Below are positions 29,473-37,789 of a stretch of 64,000 nucleotides of DNA, in pieces. A program made the translations under genes and the position numbers. Positions within the stretch are counted from its first letter, which is position 1; every line of letters starts with the position of its first letter. This stretch comes from an uncultured archaeon (lineage in GTDB: Archaea > Nanobdellota > Nanobdellia > Woesearchaeales > CAIVOO01): NCBI GenBank assembly GCA_963845175.1, contig CAWJRI010000015.1, forward strand, positions 21,316 through 85,315, read 5' to 3'. Under the pieces are notes generated by a model. It did not search any database. It was not told where the DNA came from and worked only from the letters and a program-made list of their open reading frames with translations.

Positions 29473-30648
29473 TTAAATTTCTATCACAATTTCCCCTGTT
29501 TTTTCATTTATCTCTTTTACGACCTTGTGCCCCTTTAACCTCTTTTTTATCTCATCCCAAGAATATTTTTCCCTTGCCTTCTTGATTTCAGTCATTATCT
29601 CATTAACTAGCGAATACTGCTGGTAGATTGCATCTGCCTTGTTTTTGTTTTCTTCTACCTCTTTTTCAAGCTCCACAAGCCTTTTTTCCTGCGAATTTAT
29701 TATTGTTTCAATCTTTTCAGTCTGTTTATCCTGTTTTGTCTTTACTTCTTTCTTCTCAACATTCCTGTCAGTCAGGACCTCGTCAAATGCAAGATTATAA
29801 TTTTCAAGCTCTTTCTGCTCAAAATCTTTGTATTTCAGCAGTTCAACGGGAACTATATCAACAACAGCATTATCTCTGTAGACAATTCTCGCATTTTTCT
29901 TCTTTGATTTTAATTTTTTAACTGCATCTGCTATTTTTTTGATTTCATTTGAACTTAATTCCTTTTTATTCTTGTCAATACCTGAAATTTCACATATCTC
30001 CTCTGCATAAACCCCTCCAAGACCCAAGTCAGAAGCCAATGCCTTAACCAATTCCTTTTTTCCAAGTATTTCCTTCAAAACACCTTCGTTAATGTCATTA
30101 AATTTTGTCCTGGGCCCCTTATACTCTGTCTTTGGCCTTATCTCCCTTTCTTTCCACAGCTGCACTTCCAAAGGCCTAAGAATCATGTAATTCTCATCGC
30201 AAAGAATAACATTGCACTTGTCAAAAAGCTCTGCAATCAAAATATACTTCTTTTCCTTTATTTCAAGGACAATCTCAATAATCCTCTCAAAGCTCCTCTG
30301 CCTTATTTCCCTTATCTTTGCGCCTCCAATGTATTTGCGGAGATAAGCGCAGAAATTAGATGGCTTTTCAGGAATTTCAGGCTTTTGCGATGCAAGATAA
30401 ACCAAATGAGGCATTATTTTTAAAATTTTTTTTCCAATATTTGTAATATGAAGCTGCAAAATAATCTCCTTTGGAAGAATGTGATAGATATTGTCTATTC
30501 TTGCACCTATTAACTGCTGAAATTCTTCTGCCAAAAAATTAAGTTCAAATGCGGCTATTTCCTCTTTCATGTAAGAATTAAATTTGTAAAGGTTTAAATC
30601 TCTTTCTTTTCTTCCTTCATTGCAAACGGCGCAGAACCGCCGTGCCAT
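29473..30648 (-). CDS. NFACT-family protein (FbpA/RqcH/Rqc2-like N-domain plus coiled coil)
   Basis: N-terminal NFACT-N-like region; long coiled-coil; 391 aa is shorter than typical about 600-aa archaeal NFACT proteins. Probable true start near 30570. Confidence 0.45.
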   Translation of the reverse strand: MARRFCAVCNEGRKERDLNLYKFNSYMKEEIAAFELNFLAEEFQQLIGARIDNIYHILPKEIILQLHITNIGKKILKIMPHLVYLASQKPEIPEKPSNFCAYLRKYIGGAKIREIRQRSFERIIEIVLEIKEKKYILIAELFDKCNVILCDENYMILRPLEVQLWKEREIRPKTEYKGPRTKFNDINEGVLKEILGKKELVKALASDLGLGGVYAEEICEISGIDKNKKELSSNEIKKIADAVKKLKSKKKNARIVYRDNAVVDIVPVELLKYKDFEQKELENYNLAFDEVLTDRNVEKKEVKTKQDKQTEKIETIINSQEKRLVELEKEVEENKNKADAIYQQYSLVNEIMTEIKKAREKYSWDEIKKRLKGHKVVKEINEKTGEIVIEI

Positions 30649-31928
30649 GTCAGCCTAGGCCTTATCCTCAGAGGGAACATCCTTTCATTTGTATCATCGA
30701 ATATTATCGCAGCTCCGCTCATTCTCGGCAGGTCATCCAGCTGCTTCACAAGCCCTTCCCTCATATAACTCTGCATCAGTGCGCCCAATGCCTCAACATC
30801 AAGCTTTGCAGTTATCCTGTGCGCAATCATAGTATCTGACTGTGTCATAACGTCGCTGTGTATCTTTCCTGGCTGCTGTGTAGCAAGTATCAATGAAATT
30901 CCAGGCTGCCTCCCTTCCCTAAGAATTGTTATCAAGGCGCTTGAAGCAGCTGTCGAGCCTTCAAAAGGCAGGAACTCGTGCGCCTCGTCAACAACAAGCC
31001 AGACAAGCGGCATCTCAAGCTTTTCCTTTTGCTCTTCGCTGAAATAATGTGTTGCTTCATTAACCGACTGGTATTCTTCATATTTCCTTGCTATCATCCT
31101 TTCTATGAATAATTTTTTTGCAATCAGGCCGAGCGCAAGCGCCTTAATGCCCCAGCCGCCAGGCATTGTCGCGTAAACGCTCAAGTCAAGAACAGCAACC
31201 TGGCCGCCTTTTGCAAGGTCGCTCATCTCAGTTCCTTTCTCATCAAAAAGGCCCCAGGTGTCAGCTGCAAGGAAATGGTTCTCGACAATGTCTTTTATCC
31301 TCTGTTCTGCCCTTTTGTCAGCCTGCACTTCTTCAATAATGTCATTTATTGAATATGATTTTTTTTCTTTCTGCATATTGTGTATAGTCCTTTCAAGCAG
31401 GACTCCTTCATCGCTGTTATTGTTAATATTAAAGCATTTCAGCCAGTCCTCTGAGTCCAGGTCAACCGGCTTTATCGAGAAGGGGAAATCAGTAGGTATT
31501 CCTTTTTCCTTGTTTTCCTTAAAATAACCTGTTGGCGTGAATATTGCAACGTTTAATCCTTTTGGCTTTAACCCCGACTCTTCCAGCAATACAGCATCCT
31601 TGAGATTTGGATATTTCATTGTCCAGTAAACCCCCATTGTATCAAGAAGTATTATGCTTATATTATCTTTCACTTCAGGAGGAAGGTCAGCAACACCCTC
31701 TGCAATGACTCCCATTGTGTAAGACTTGCCGCTGCCTCTCTTGCCGCATATGAAAACAACGTGTGACTTGGCAACATCCATAAATATTTTATTTGAAAGC
31801 GAGGTTACAGGACCCATCTTTACAAACTGCCTTCCAAGATAAATCGTTCCCTTGTCTCCAAACTTTTTCTTGTCATCCTCATCCCTGCCTATAATAATCT
31901 CGTAAGCCATGACCTTTAAAATCCCCAT
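30594..31928 (-). CDS. HerA/DUF87-like P-loop ATPase
   Basis: Walker A 'GKRGSGKSYTMG', Walker B 'LVWLVVDEAHEF', 'LATQQPGKI' motif; 444 aa; 3' end overlaps NFACT gene start. Confidence 0.55.
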   Translation of the reverse strand: MGILKVMAYEIIIGRDEDDKKKFGDKGTIYLGRQFVKMGPVTSLSNKIFMDVAKSHVVFICGKRGSGKSYTMGVIAEGVADLPPEVKDNISIILLDTMGVYWTMKYPNLKDAVLLEESGLKPKGLNVAIFTPTGYFKENKEKGIPTDFPFSIKPVDLDSEDWLKCFNINNNSDEGVLLERTIHNMQKEKKSYSINDIIEEVQADKRAEQRIKDIVENHFLAADTWGLFDEKGTEMSDLAKGGQVAVLDLSVYATMPGGWGIKALALGLIAKKLFIERMIARKYEEYQSVNEATHYFSEEQKEKLEMPLVWLVVDEAHEFLPFEGSTAASSALITILREGRQPGISLILATQQPGKIHSDVMTQSDTMIAHRITAKLDVEALGALMQSYMREGLVKQLDDLPRMSGAAIIFDDTNERMFPLRIRPRLTWHGGSAPFAMKEEKKEI

Positions 31929-31990
31929 AGCGTATAAATATGTTTTTCAACACTGTAAAATAGTAATAGCTCATAGAAAGATTTATTTAT

Positions 31991-32650
31991 ATGTTCTTTA
32001 TCTTTTTATTTGGGATGGCAAAAAAACACAAAAAACTGCCTGTTGAAACAATTTTTGTTGTAGTAGCTGTAATTGCCATAGTCCTTGTTCTTTACCTTTC
32101 CCAGAAATCAAATACAAATATGCCAAAACCAGTTGTATCTGTCAATGGCCAGGCAATAACAACAGCTGACCTTGACAATATTGCGCTTACAATACCTGCC
32201 CAGCAGAGGCAGTCGCTGACAAAGGATAATCTTACTGAAATCGCAATTTCAAACGCATTGATGATGCAGGAGGCTACAAAAAGAGGCATAACTGTTTCCG
32301 ATGCAGAGGTTAATTCATTGATTGAAAAATTTATTGCGCAAAACAACCTCACTATGCAGGATTACGAGAAACTGCTGCAGCAGCAGGGTGTTGACATAAA
32401 TTTCATAAAGAATGTTTATACAGAGCAGCTTATGCAGTTCAAGCTGATGAACGAGACAGTTCTTAGCAGCGTAAGCGTCAGCGAGAACGAGACAAAGCAA
32501 TTCTATGACATGTACAAGACGCAGATAAATAATACCTATGAAAATTCAAAGGATGAACTGGCAAATATAATCAAGTTCCAGAAAGCGCAGCAGGCATTTT
32601 CTACATTTGTACAGCAGCTAAGGACAAACGCGCAGATAAAATATTATTAA
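31991..32650 (+). CDS. Membrane-anchored SurA-N-like chaperone domain protein
   Basis: N-terminal TM, then helical 'SurA N-terminal' like repeats; weak. Confidence 0.35.
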   Translation: MFFIFLFGMAKKHKKLPVETIFVVVAVIAIVLVLYLSQKSNTNMPKPVVSVNGQAITTADLDNIALTIPAQQRQSLTKDNLTEIAISNALMMQEATKRGITVSDAEVNSLIEKFIAQNNLTMQDYEKLLQQQGVDINFIKNVYTEQLMQFKLMNETVLSSVSVSENETKQFYDMYKTQINNTYENSKDELANIIKFQKAQQAFSTFVQQLRTNAQIKYY

Positions 32651-32871
32651 CGCTTCCCTGGCTTTTGCTTTACATCCATTATTAATTCTTCTGTTTCAGA
32701 TCCCTTTGTCATTGATATTATCGAAGCGATGAACATCGCTATAAACACTATCAAGAAGGCAATGCCGAAATTCTTTGATGCAGGATAAACCCAGACCGCA
32801 GAAATCGCAAATCCAAGTATGCTTGCCAGCATAAACGATCCTGACAACGGAGCTATTTTGTATTTTGCCAT
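32647..32871 (-). CDS. Small 2-TM membrane protein
   Basis: 74-aa hydrophobic ORF. Confidence 0.25.
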   Translation of the reverse strand: MAKYKIAPLSGSFMLASILGFAISAVWVYPASKNFGIAFLIVFIAMFIASIISMTKGSETEELIMDVKQKPGKR

Positions 32872-32907
32872 TTTATACCTCTTTTCTTTTTTTATTTATA
32901 AATGTTT

Positions 32908-33996
32908 TTATTTGAACTCTACAAACTTCAGCTCTTTTACCTTTTTTCTGGCCTTTTCCATATCTTTTTCAAACTTTTCCATGAACTTTGTCATAAGCTC
33001 GCAGGCATGCTGCTTGTCCTCGCCGCACATCAGCTTCCCTGCCTTGCAGTCGTCATAAATCTTCTGCAGCTGTTTGTCATCGTCTATCAGATGCTGCTTG
33101 TAAAGCTCGAAAATCATGCACCTCTCGGGCTGGCCCCCAAGCTTTTTCTGCTCATCTATTGTGTCTCTTCCGCCTGTCAGCGCACCCCTTAGCTTTCTGC
33201 AGGCTTCCTTTGTATTTTCAGGAAGCTCTATGCATGAAGCTGGCTTTGACTTTGACATCTTCAATTCGCCGTCTAAGGAAGGCGTGAATTTGTTGTAGGT
33301 GGCTGATGGCGGTATGAAATTGTAGCTTGATTTTGTCCTTTCAACAATATCCCTTGTTAATCTTATGTGCGGATCCTGGTCAATGCCGACAGGTATAACG
33401 CCAGGCATCTGTTCCTTCAGCTGCGGATAGAGAATGTCGCCTGCCTGTGTCAATGCGCTCATTATCCTTCCCGGGTCAGCACTCCCGTAAATTGATCTGA
33501 ACTCGTTCAATGTTATCTTTTTTGAGAAATTATAAGCCATATGCACAACTTCCTTGTTCTCTGACTGCAGGTAGAATGTTGTTTTCTTTGGGTCAAGCCC
33601 AAGCGCAATCCAGGCAGGTATGTGGAAGTCAAGTGCTGTCTTCCTTGCTTTTTCCAATGAAACACCTCTCGTTGCAGCTGCCTCCAAATCAGCAACCAGA
33701 ACATAGGTTTTTGCGCCGTGCTCCTGGAAATAATTCATCATCTCAACAACCATCTTGTTGCCAAAATGAATCTTTTCAGCAGAGGGCATTACCCCTGTCA
33801 GCGCATAGAACTTCTCCTTCTTTTTTATCGCGCCAGCCAGAATCCTCAAGTCCCTTCCTGCGAAAACAATGCTCCTTCTCATCAGCCTGTTCGGCTCCGG
33901 GAATAATTTTGGGTTGAATGTCTCCAGCCCAAATGCCTTTACGACATCCTCATAATCCTTCACCAAAACAGAGCCCCAGGGGTCTATTAGCACCAT
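32908..33996 (-). CDS. trpS: Tryptophan--tRNA ligase (archaeal/eukaryotic type)
   Basis: 'VLIDPWGS' N-motif, 'PVGIDQDPHIRLTRD', 'KMSKSKP'; ORF extends to 34077 but conserved N-terminus begins at M (33996). Confidence 0.75.
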   Translation of the reverse strand: MVLIDPWGSVLVKDYEDVVKAFGLETFNPKLFPEPNRLMRRSIVFAGRDLRILAGAIKKKEKFYALTGVMPSAEKIHFGNKMVVEMMNYFQEHGAKTYVLVADLEAAATRGVSLEKARKTALDFHIPAWIALGLDPKKTTFYLQSENKEVVHMAYNFSKKITLNEFRSIYGSADPGRIMSALTQAGDILYPQLKEQMPGVIPVGIDQDPHIRLTRDIVERTKSSYNFIPPSATYNKFTPSLDGELKMSKSKPASCIELPENTKEACRKLRGALTGGRDTIDEQKKLGGQPERCMIFELYKQHLIDDDKQLQKIYDDCKAGKLMCGEDKQHACELMTKFMEKFEKDMEKARKKVKELKFVEFK

Positions 33997-34015
33997 ATTG
34001 CCTTTATTTTTTTCT

Positions 34016-34498
34016 TTATTTAAAAAGGTTTCTAACAACATCCAATGCCTTTTCCCTTGTTCTCGGGAAGCAGGCAATTACAATTTTGACATGGAAGCAG
34101 TTTCCAGAATCAGTCACCCAGTATTTGTTTTCCAATAGTTTTTCCTTGTCAAGCCTCAGGAAGAAGTTGAATTCAGAATCAAGCCTCGACTCTGCCTGCC
34201 CTGCCAATAATTCTTTTTGCTCCCTGCTTAATTTTTCAGTTAAATTCAGCAGGAACTTGTTTATCTGGCTGTCCTTTTCCAGCCTAATTTCAAAAATCTT
34301 TATTTTTCTTTCATTGAAACCTTCTGCAGAGCTTTGATTTAGCTTTACCCTGTCATCGGGAACAAGCTCCTTCAGTTTTTCAGCTATTTTCTTTTCATCC
34401 TCTCTTTCGTAGGAGAAAACCCTCAGCTCAGCAAAATGTGCAAGCTTCATGAGAATTGTTAAGCTTAATTTACTTATTAATTTTTTCCATAACCGCAA
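34016..34498 (-). CDS. Conserved hypothetical protein (possible small RNA-binding family)
   Basis: 160-aa ORF, probable start at 34450 ('MKLAHFAELRVFSYE'); no motif recognised with certainty. Confidence 0.3.
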   Translation of the reverse strand: MRLWKKLISKLSLTILMKLAHFAELRVFSYEREDEKKIAEKLKELVPDDRVKLNQSSAEGFNERKIKIFEIRLEKDSQINKFLLNLTEKLSREQKELLAGQAESRLDSEFNFFLRLDKEKLLENKYWVTDSGNCFHVKIVIACFPRTREKALDVVRNLFK

Positions 34499-34534
34499 GA
34501 TTTAAAAACAATATATGATTTTTAAGCATCAGTC

Positions 34535-34987
34535 ATGTATAAACCCCCAACAATAGAGAATGTAATAGAGGCAGAGATAAGGAAGGAGATAAAGGATCAT
34601 AAATGGGTTCTTGGCGAAAGGCAGATGCGTGATCCTGGTTTCAATTACTCACTTGATGATTGGATAAAAAATCATTTCTATAAATGGGCTGAATGGTTTG
34701 TTTCTTCCAAATCAGGATTTTCTTATGAAGCAGCTGAAATAGCCAAATATGTGGAATTGACTGGAAATTCTGAGATGGAATGGACTGAAAAATATGCAGC
34801 TTCCTGGAGAAAGACAAGGGAAGACTGCACACATCTTGTAAAGTCATGCATTAATGGACATATCACAAACATCAGCGAAATTGTTTATTTTTTTGTTCCA
34901 AAGGAAAAAGAGCCTTTTGCACTTCCAGAAACAGCAACACATATAAATGTCCGCCCATCCAGCCTGACCTATGAAGCACACCCTTAA
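34535..34987 (+). CDS. Hypothetical protein
   Basis: 150-aa Trp-rich ORF with good coding appearance. Confidence 0.3.
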   Translation: MYKPPTIENVIEAEIRKEIKDHKWVLGERQMRDPGFNYSLDDWIKNHFYKWAEWFVSSKSGFSYEAAEIAKYVELTGNSEMEWTEKYAASWRKTREDCTHLVKSCINGHITNISEIVYFFVPKEKEPFALPETATHINVRPSSLTYEAHP

Positions 34988-35864
34988 GATAACGCTTTTC
35001 CTTGTTGTAATATTTCTCTTCTCGCAGATAATTGGACTTGGAATTGTTAACGAGTACATAGACCATAAGGCAACGGCTGTAACCGGAAATACTGTTTTCA
35101 AGCAATTGCCTTATAATATTACAAGGCCGCAGATTGAGGAAAGAACATCATTTATCTGGATTTTCGCGGCAATCCTGCTTGGAACTGGATTGATTTTCCT
35201 GATAATGAAATTTGGAGGCGGTGGCATCTGGAAAACTTGGTTTTTCCTGAGTGTCTTCATCTGCCTGACATTTGCATTCGGTGCTTTTGTCAACCAATAC
35301 CTTGCTCTTGCACTGGCATTAATCTTTTCTTTCTGGAAAGTCTTCAAGCCAAACATCTATGTGCACAATCTTTCAGAGCTTTTTATTTATGGCGGTCTGG
35401 CTGCAATCTTTGTGCCGATTATGAATGTATTTGCAGTGACTGTTCTGCTTATATTAATTTCAGGCTATGACGCCTATGCTGTCTGGAAAAGCAAGCATAT
35501 GATTAAGCTTGCGAAGTGGCAGTCAAAGGAAAAGATTTTTGCAGGATTGCTTCTACCATATAAAATGCCTAAAAGAGTTCCAAAAGAAGCCCCGAAGAAA
35601 TTAGTCAAAGTAAAGACAGCTATTCTTGGTGGAGGAGACATCGGCTTCCCATTGATATTTGCAGGCGTTGTGATGAAAAGCTTGATGCTCAATCATTCTG
35701 TTTTAGTCGGCTTCCTGCAGTCATTGATTGTTGTTGCATTCTCAACACTAGCCTTGCTTATTCTTCTGGTGAAGGCGAAGAAAGACCAGTTCTACCCAGC
35801 GATGCCATTTATTTCAGCTGGCTGCTTTGTCGGCGCGCTTGTTGTGTGGCTGATTAATATTTAA
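34971..35864 (+). CDS. Presenilin/signal-peptide-peptidase-like intramembrane aspartyl protease (A22 family)
   Basis: 9 TM; 'ISGYDAYAVW' (YD), 'AILGGGDIGFPLIF' (GxGD), 'YPAMPF' (PAL-like). Confidence 0.55.
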   Translation: MKHTLKITLFLVVIFLFSQIIGLGIVNEYIDHKATAVTGNTVFKQLPYNITRPQIEERTSFIWIFAAILLGTGLIFLIMKFGGGGIWKTWFFLSVFICLTFAFGAFVNQYLALALALIFSFWKVFKPNIYVHNLSELFIYGGLAAIFVPIMNVFAVTVLLILISGYDAYAVWKSKHMIKLAKWQSKEKIFAGLLLPYKMPKRVPKEAPKKLVKVKTAILGGGDIGFPLIFAGVVMKSLMLNHSVLVGFLQSLIVVAFSTLALLILLVKAKKDQFYPAMPFISAGCFVGALVVWLINI

Positions 35865-35872
35865 TCAAAACC

Positions 35873-35881
35873 TTTTTAAAT
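35873..35881 (+). promoter_or_regulatory. TATA box candidate for SRP RNA
   Basis: 'ttttaaata' about 28 nt upstream of GGCGGGC 5' end. Confidence 0.3.
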
Positions 35882-35902
35882 ACCCTTTCTATAGAGCTTT
35901 AT

Positions 35903-36178
35903 GGCGGGCTATGCTGGGGTGCTAGCCGTACCCTGTCACCTTAAATCGGCTTCACGAAGGGGCTATACGCAGGACGAGAGGCAAGCAGTGCTTGCTGGTC
36001 TTGGGTCGTACCATGAGATTCTGTCCTGTAGGATCTTCGTTATGGGAAATGGGTCAGGCTGGGAACAGAGCAGCCCTAACCTTAATGCTTGATGCTTATG
36101 GGGTAGCGGAATTGAGGAAAACTCGAGGCAAACCAGCAGGTGTTGTTTGTTCCGAATTCTGCGGGCTCGCCGCTTTAT
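35903..36178 (+). ncRNA. ffs: Signal recognition particle RNA (7S/SRP RNA)
   Basis: GC-rich island; helix-8 consensus 'GGUCAGGCUGGGAACAGAGCAGCC' (cf. GGUCAGGUCCGGAAGGAAGCAGCC); 5' GGCGGGC pairs with 3' GCUCGCC; followed by T-rich stretch. Confidence 0.55.
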
Positions 36179-36280
36179 AATTCTTAGAATTAATACTTAT
36201 TAAATCCTCAATTTTATGTGAAAATCAAAACAATAATAACAGTATTTTTATTGCTAAAAAATAGATTGGCATCATATTAT

Positions 36281-36682
36281 TTAAGTTTTAAGTTCATTAT
36301 ATAATCCAGATAAAAATTTTTTAGAATATCCATTATTAATTAATCTCATCAGTTGTTTTTTTTCTATTTTTCTTTTGGATACTAATTTAATTAAATCGTC
36401 AAATTCTTCAAAATGAGTTATTGTTTTTTCAATATATTGATGGAAAGACGTATCTCCGCTTGTATCTTGATTGTTAAATTCTTTTTCATTATCAAGTTTT
36501 TTAATCTGATTTTGGGTGATAGTATCCAATGAGGCTTCATTCCCAAGAAAATTATCTTTATCTTCTTTTACTCTTATGCCCCCTATAGAATTATAGAAAG
36601 CTACATCTAATTTTGATCTCGACCAACCATAATCCTTCGAACATTCGCTGAAATATTTTACAATCTTAATCTCTTCTGTCAT
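36281..36682 (-). CDS. Hypothetical protein
   Basis: 133 aa, acidic, no motif. Confidence 0.25.
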   Translation of the reverse strand: MTEEIKIVKYFSECSKDYGWSRSKLDVAFYNSIGGIRVKEDKDNFLGNEASLDTITQNQIKKLDNEKEFNNQDTSGDTSFHQYIEKTITHFEEFDDLIKLVSKRKIEKKQLMRLINNGYSKKFLSGLYNELKT

Positions 36683-36777
36683 TTTTTATCACATAACAAT
36701 AGCAAACTAGCTAATAGTTAAATATTATCATTATATTTTAATACGAAAACGTAATATTTATAAATATAAACAGCTTA

Positions 36778-37755
36778 TTGTATAAAATGCTTGATGAGTT
36801 AGATAAGAAAATTTTGTACGAGCTGGGTAAAAATGCCAGATTGAGTTACAGCCAGATTTCCAAAGAGATTAAGTCAAAAAAACCAATAGTCGCTTACCAT
36901 GTTCAGAATTTGGAAAAGAAGGGAATTATTTGGAAATATGTCCCCATAATCTCGTTAAGCAGATTAGGGATTTATGCTCACAAGATTTACTTCAGATTTC
37001 GTGGATTGAATAAAGAGAAAAAGAAAGAGCTGATCGAAGAATTTGTTAAGAATAAATACATTAATTGGGTTGCAGAATCTGTAGGAGTCTGGGATCTGAT
37101 GCTTTCCATATACGCCAAAAATATTATGGAATTTATGATAAGAAAAAATGAGATTTTTGAAAAATATGGAGAATTTGTTCAAGATTATTCCATTACATTA
37201 TTAGAAGATGCTTTGGTTTTTAATAGAGATTATCTTATTAAAAAAAATATAAATTATCGTAAAGAATTTATTTTTGGTGGAAAAATAGAAATAGAAGAAA
37301 TAGATGAAAAACAGAAGAAAATTTTAAGATTAATTAGAAATGATGGGAAATTTTCTATTTTAAATATTGCGAAAAGAATAAATCTTAATGTTGGTACTAT
37401 TCAAAGCAAGATAAAAGATTTAGAGAAAAGAGGAATCATTCAGGGTTATACTACTTTCGTTAACCTCAATAAAACCAATTTAAAATTTTTCAAGTTATGC
37501 GTTCATCTTCAAAGATATAGTCGAAAAGAATTTACAGAATTGTTAAGTTATTGTAAAGCGAATAAAAATGTTATTCATTTGATTAAATCTATAGGCAACT
37601 GGGAATTAGAAATAGAGTTAGAATCTGACAATTTAGATTATATTTATGAATTCGTTGATGACCTTAAAACCAAGTTTCCTAATACTATCAAAAAGATTGA
37701 TTTAATTATCATTAAAAATGAGAGAAAATTAGACTTCTTCCCAGAATGGTATTAA
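36778..37755 (+). CDS. Transcriptional regulator with two Lrp/AsnC-type wHTH modules
   Basis: Two HTH-like segments ('LDELDKKILYELGKNARLSYSQISKEI' and 'QKKILRLIRNDGKFSILNIAKRINLNVGTIQSKIKDLEKRGII'). Confidence 0.45.
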   Translation: MYKMLDELDKKILYELGKNARLSYSQISKEIKSKKPIVAYHVQNLEKKGIIWKYVPIISLSRLGIYAHKIYFRFRGLNKEKKKELIEEFVKNKYINWVAESVGVWDLMLSIYAKNIMEFMIRKNEIFEKYGEFVQDYSITLLEDALVFNRDYLIKKNINYRKEFIFGGKIEIEEIDEKQKKILRLIRNDGKFSILNIAKRINLNVGTIQSKIKDLEKRGIIQGYTTFVNLNKTNLKFFKLCVHLQRYSRKEFTELLSYCKANKNVIHLIKSIGNWELEIELESDNLDYIYEFVDDLKTKFPNTIKKIDLIIIKNERKLDFFPEWY

Positions 37756-37789
37756 TATGATGCCAACTTAAAGATCACTATGTTTGGCG

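Noticed and set aside
34016-34077. 62-nt same-strand overlap between TrpRS ORF and the upstream 160-aa ORF
   Set aside because: It resolves if TrpRS starts at the internal Met (33996) preceding the conserved 'VLIDPWGS' motif. The long N-extension in the ORF track is likely not translated.
35901-36180. Two ORFs (35901..36092, 35992..36180) in a GC-rich island
   Set aside because: The region matches SRP RNA (helix-8 consensus, terminal helix pairing). The ORFs are artefacts of GC-rich structured RNA.
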